From: Macrostomum hystrix
Taxonomy: Eukaryota > Animalia > Platyhelminthes
Reading direction: 5' to 3'
Assembly: GCA_950097015.1 (NCBI GenBank)
Contig: CATNEN010000011.1
Coordinates: forward strand, 3,968,001-4,032,000
Length of the DNA: 64,000 bases
A program made the translations under genes and the position numbers. The notes below the pieces were generated by a model, which was not told the origin of the DNA, did no database searches, and was given only the letters and a program-made list of their open reading frames with translations. Within the stretch, counting starts at the first letter, position 1. Each line of letters opens with the position of its first letter. This document shows, piece after piece, positions 61,439-64,000 of this stretch.

Positions 61439-63808
61439 ATGCATCTTCTTGCTTTGGCACCTCTAATTCATGGAGCTAGACCGTCTCTGCCACCGGACTG
61501 TGAACTGCTACATTCTGCTGCCTCTGTAGCCGCTTCTTTGGCTGCCAATGAAGTCGATAAAATTGCACAGCAACCATCGCTAACTGTAAGACAGAAGCGT
61601 CGCCACAGACGCTCGAATTCTTTCGACCCGGCCAGCCTAAGTCGTTCCATCTCGAACCTCGACATTCACACCGAAGCTGTCATTACGAGTTCTGAAAAAC
61701 TGACAACTAAAAAATTTACCATAGTTAATACTTTATTAGAAAATTTTGTTCGCCAAATTCACGACTGGCTTCAATGCGACTGGGAACAGCAAAGCCTGCC
61801 CGATGGGTTTGTGTGCGAAGCTTATTCTCTGTTTGCTTTATTTTGTTTTGTTGCTTTTTTCTCTGTTAGCCCAGCCCATCGACTAAACCTACACAGCCTC
61901 CGGTTGTATCGGTCCAACCGGATTAGGGTCTGTCTTATATTATTTTGTTTAAATAATGAGTCTTGATTTGTAACTGTTTTGGCCCTCGTCATACAACAAT
62001 GACTCATAGTTAAAAAATAGCATCACTTCACTACTACGATTGTCCAGTCTATAAATAGCATGAATAATGAGTCACTGCTTCAGTCTAAAAATAGAATCAA
62101 CTCCTCTGCACATTGCAGGCATCAACAACCAGATCAAGTGCACACACCGACGGACAGCTTTTTGAGCTGTCCAACTCTTCGACTAGACGCGGCCAATCAG
62201 AGACGCGGTCGTGCGCGGAGCGCTTTTCGAGGCCTACTCAGTCCGTTGTTAATCCTTCTATGTCTGGGCATTGGGCGTTGCCTATTGGAATCGCGCCTAA
62301 GACACGGCCCTCTGACTGGGAATCCGCTCAGCTGTCTAGCCACTGGAGGCGGTCCTCTATGCCTTGCCAGTCTGGCAGTCCTAGCCTTTGTCGCGTTGAA
62401 TATGGCAGTTCTATTGGCCAATTGCGGTGGACATCGTCGGCTCGGTGTCGTTAGCGCCGCCTGCCTGCTTCTCGTGTCTCCGGCCTGTGTTGTGCTGTGG
62501 AGCAGGCCATCGCCTGGTAAGCAGTGCATCCCCTGCTTGCTGGTAACAGCGGCATGATAATAATATCTAACATTCTACAACACCTTGGAAACTTTTCTTC
62601 CTGCTAATTCTAAAGCTGACCCTCCCTAATGCTTCAGTAGGGTCATTGCTACCCTCCCTGAAGCATCAGTTGTCTGTAGCTACCCTCCCTGAAGCATCAG
62701 TTGTCTGTAGTTGTCTGTTGTCTGTAGCTCAGTTGGCTGTAGCTACCCTCCCTGAAGCTTCAGTAGGTCATAGCTACCCTCCCTGAAGCTTCAATTGGTC
62801 ATAGCTACCCTCCCTGAAGCTTCAGTAGGTCATAGCTACCCTCCCTGAAGCTTCAGTAGGTCATAGCTACCCTTCCTGAAGCTTCAGTAGGTCATTGCTA
62901 CCCTTCCTGAATCATCAGTTGTCTGTAGCAACCCTCCCTGAGGCTTCAGTTGTCTGTAGCTGCCCTCCCTGAAGCTTCAGTAGGTCAAAGCTACCATTCC
63001 TGAAGCTTCAGTAGGTCAAAGCTACCATTCCTGAAGCTTCAGTAGGTCATAGCTACCATTCCTGAAGCTTCAGTAGGTCATAGCTACCATTCCTGAAGCT
63101 TCAGTAGGTCATAGCTACCATTCCTGAAGCTTCAGTAGGTCATAGCTACCATTCCTGAAGCTTCAGTAGGTCATAGCTACCATTCCTGAAGCTTCAGTAG
63201 GTCATAGCTACCATTCCTGAAGCTTCAGTAGGTCATAGCTACCATTCCTGAAGCTTCAGTAGGTCATAGCTACCATTCCTGAAGCTTCAGTAGGCTGTAC
63301 TGTCATCTTCAAACCCTCAATTCCCGCAGTGCTCAGCTTTGCTGCCATGTCAGCCAGTGTGTGGCTATTCCTCAAGCTGGCCACATTTCATCTAGTGGCC
63401 TTCAAAACAGTCACATCAGGCCGGCAGAGCGAAGCCGGGCCTGTAACAACGAGACGCCTGTGTTATTTCGTCTTGTCCTCTCGTTTGGCAACATCCGAGA
63501 CTGGCGCTTTCAGAGCAGATTGGAACACTCTAAGCTATAGTCTGCAACTAACTGGCCTATTGGCAGCATCTGTCTCCCTGTCTCAGCAATGGCTTCTGCC
63601 TTCGCTGGAAGCTGCTGCCGCTTCAGCTGGCGACACTGCGGCCTCGAATGATGAGCAGTCGGCGACCACTCCGCACTTCTGGCTGTTGGTGACGTTGGAA
63701 CGCCAGCTTCGGTTGTCTGCGCCCGTCATCGCCGTCTGTCTTCTAGTCGGCTTAGCTGGAAATCGATTTTTTAAACTCATCGATCACTGCTGTCAGACTA
63801 AAGATCTG
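61439..63808 (+). CDS. Divergent DGAT1-like MBOAT acyltransferase, 5' part; continues beyond the window
   Basis: Exons 61439-61806 (gg|gtttgt, weaker support), 62119-62516 and 63330-63808 join in phases 2 and 1. Collinear DGAT1 matches: VHTPTDSFLS (~CHRLQDSLFS), SAFRGLL..LL.LGIGRCLLESRLRHG (~SNYRGILN..LSNARLFLENLIKYG), LFLKLATF (~LFLKLFSY), LCYFVL (~LYYFLF), QQWLLPSLE (~QQWMVPTIQ), LERQLRLSAP (~IERLLKLAVP). The last exon ends ctg|gtgaga. Confidence 0.75.
62625..63295. repeat. 31-bp minisatellite (agctaccattcctgaagcttcagtaggtcat) in a DGAT1-like intron
   Basis: The period was checked at 63121/63152. It ends about 35 nt before the acceptor at 63329. Confidence 0.95.
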
Positions 63809-64000
63809 GTGAGAATTTTATTATTATATAAATTTTGACTTTGCTTGTACCATTTTGTACTTTATAATAGTGTTTTATTGTGAACCTTCAAGGCCTCTCA
63901 AAATGATCCATTAGGGCCACTCTAAATTATCCTTCAAGCCTTTTTAAAATTATCCTTCAAGCCTTCTTAAAATTATCCTTCAGGACCTCATAAAATTATC

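Noticed and set aside
1165-62529. Overlapping or antisense ORFs over real exons (e.g. 1165..1776, 1378..1983, 23177..23455, 26934..27266, 45501..45737, 62197..62529)
   Set aside because: They are shadow frames of GC-rich coding exons with no recognisable motifs or splice support.
1-64000. SL RNA or spliceosomal snRNA genes
   Set aside because: I found no recognisable U1/U2/U6 5' sequences or flatworm SL exon by eye. A covariance-model search would be needed to exclude them formally.

Overview
Eukaryotic (animal) genomic DNA, not prokaryotic. GC-rich exons with GT-AG introns sit in AT-rich spacers, and roughly a quarter to a third of the window is minisatellite. This style resembles the flatworm Macrostomum, but that is inference and unverified. 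I reconstructed 11 protein-coding genes by joining exons in phase: a divergent 8-exon long-chain acyl-CoA ligase (ACSL-like), an orphan 2-exon gene, an intronless ACSF2-like acyl-CoA synthetase, a CYB561D2-like cytochrome b561, an intronless Methuselah/adhesion-type GPCR, a RING finger fused to an RPGRIP1/RPGRIP1L C-terminal (RID) C2 domain, ZNG1/CBWD, DALRD3, PRELID3/SLMO, a C2H2 zinc-finger gene and the 5' part of a divergent DGAT1-like MBOAT. Mobile DNA comprises several copies of a tRNA-derived CORE-like SINE, an LTR with a tRNA-Leu primer-binding site, a probable solo LTR with TSD, a TIR element with an 8-bp flanking duplication and a small hairpin-bearing dispersed repeat. Most long ORFs in the supplied track are minisatellite translations. 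The most notable observations are the RING-RID chimeric gene, intronic minisatellites built from branch-point plus AG units, and a co-oriented gene run with donor-less acceptors before start codons (possible trans-splicing or operon).
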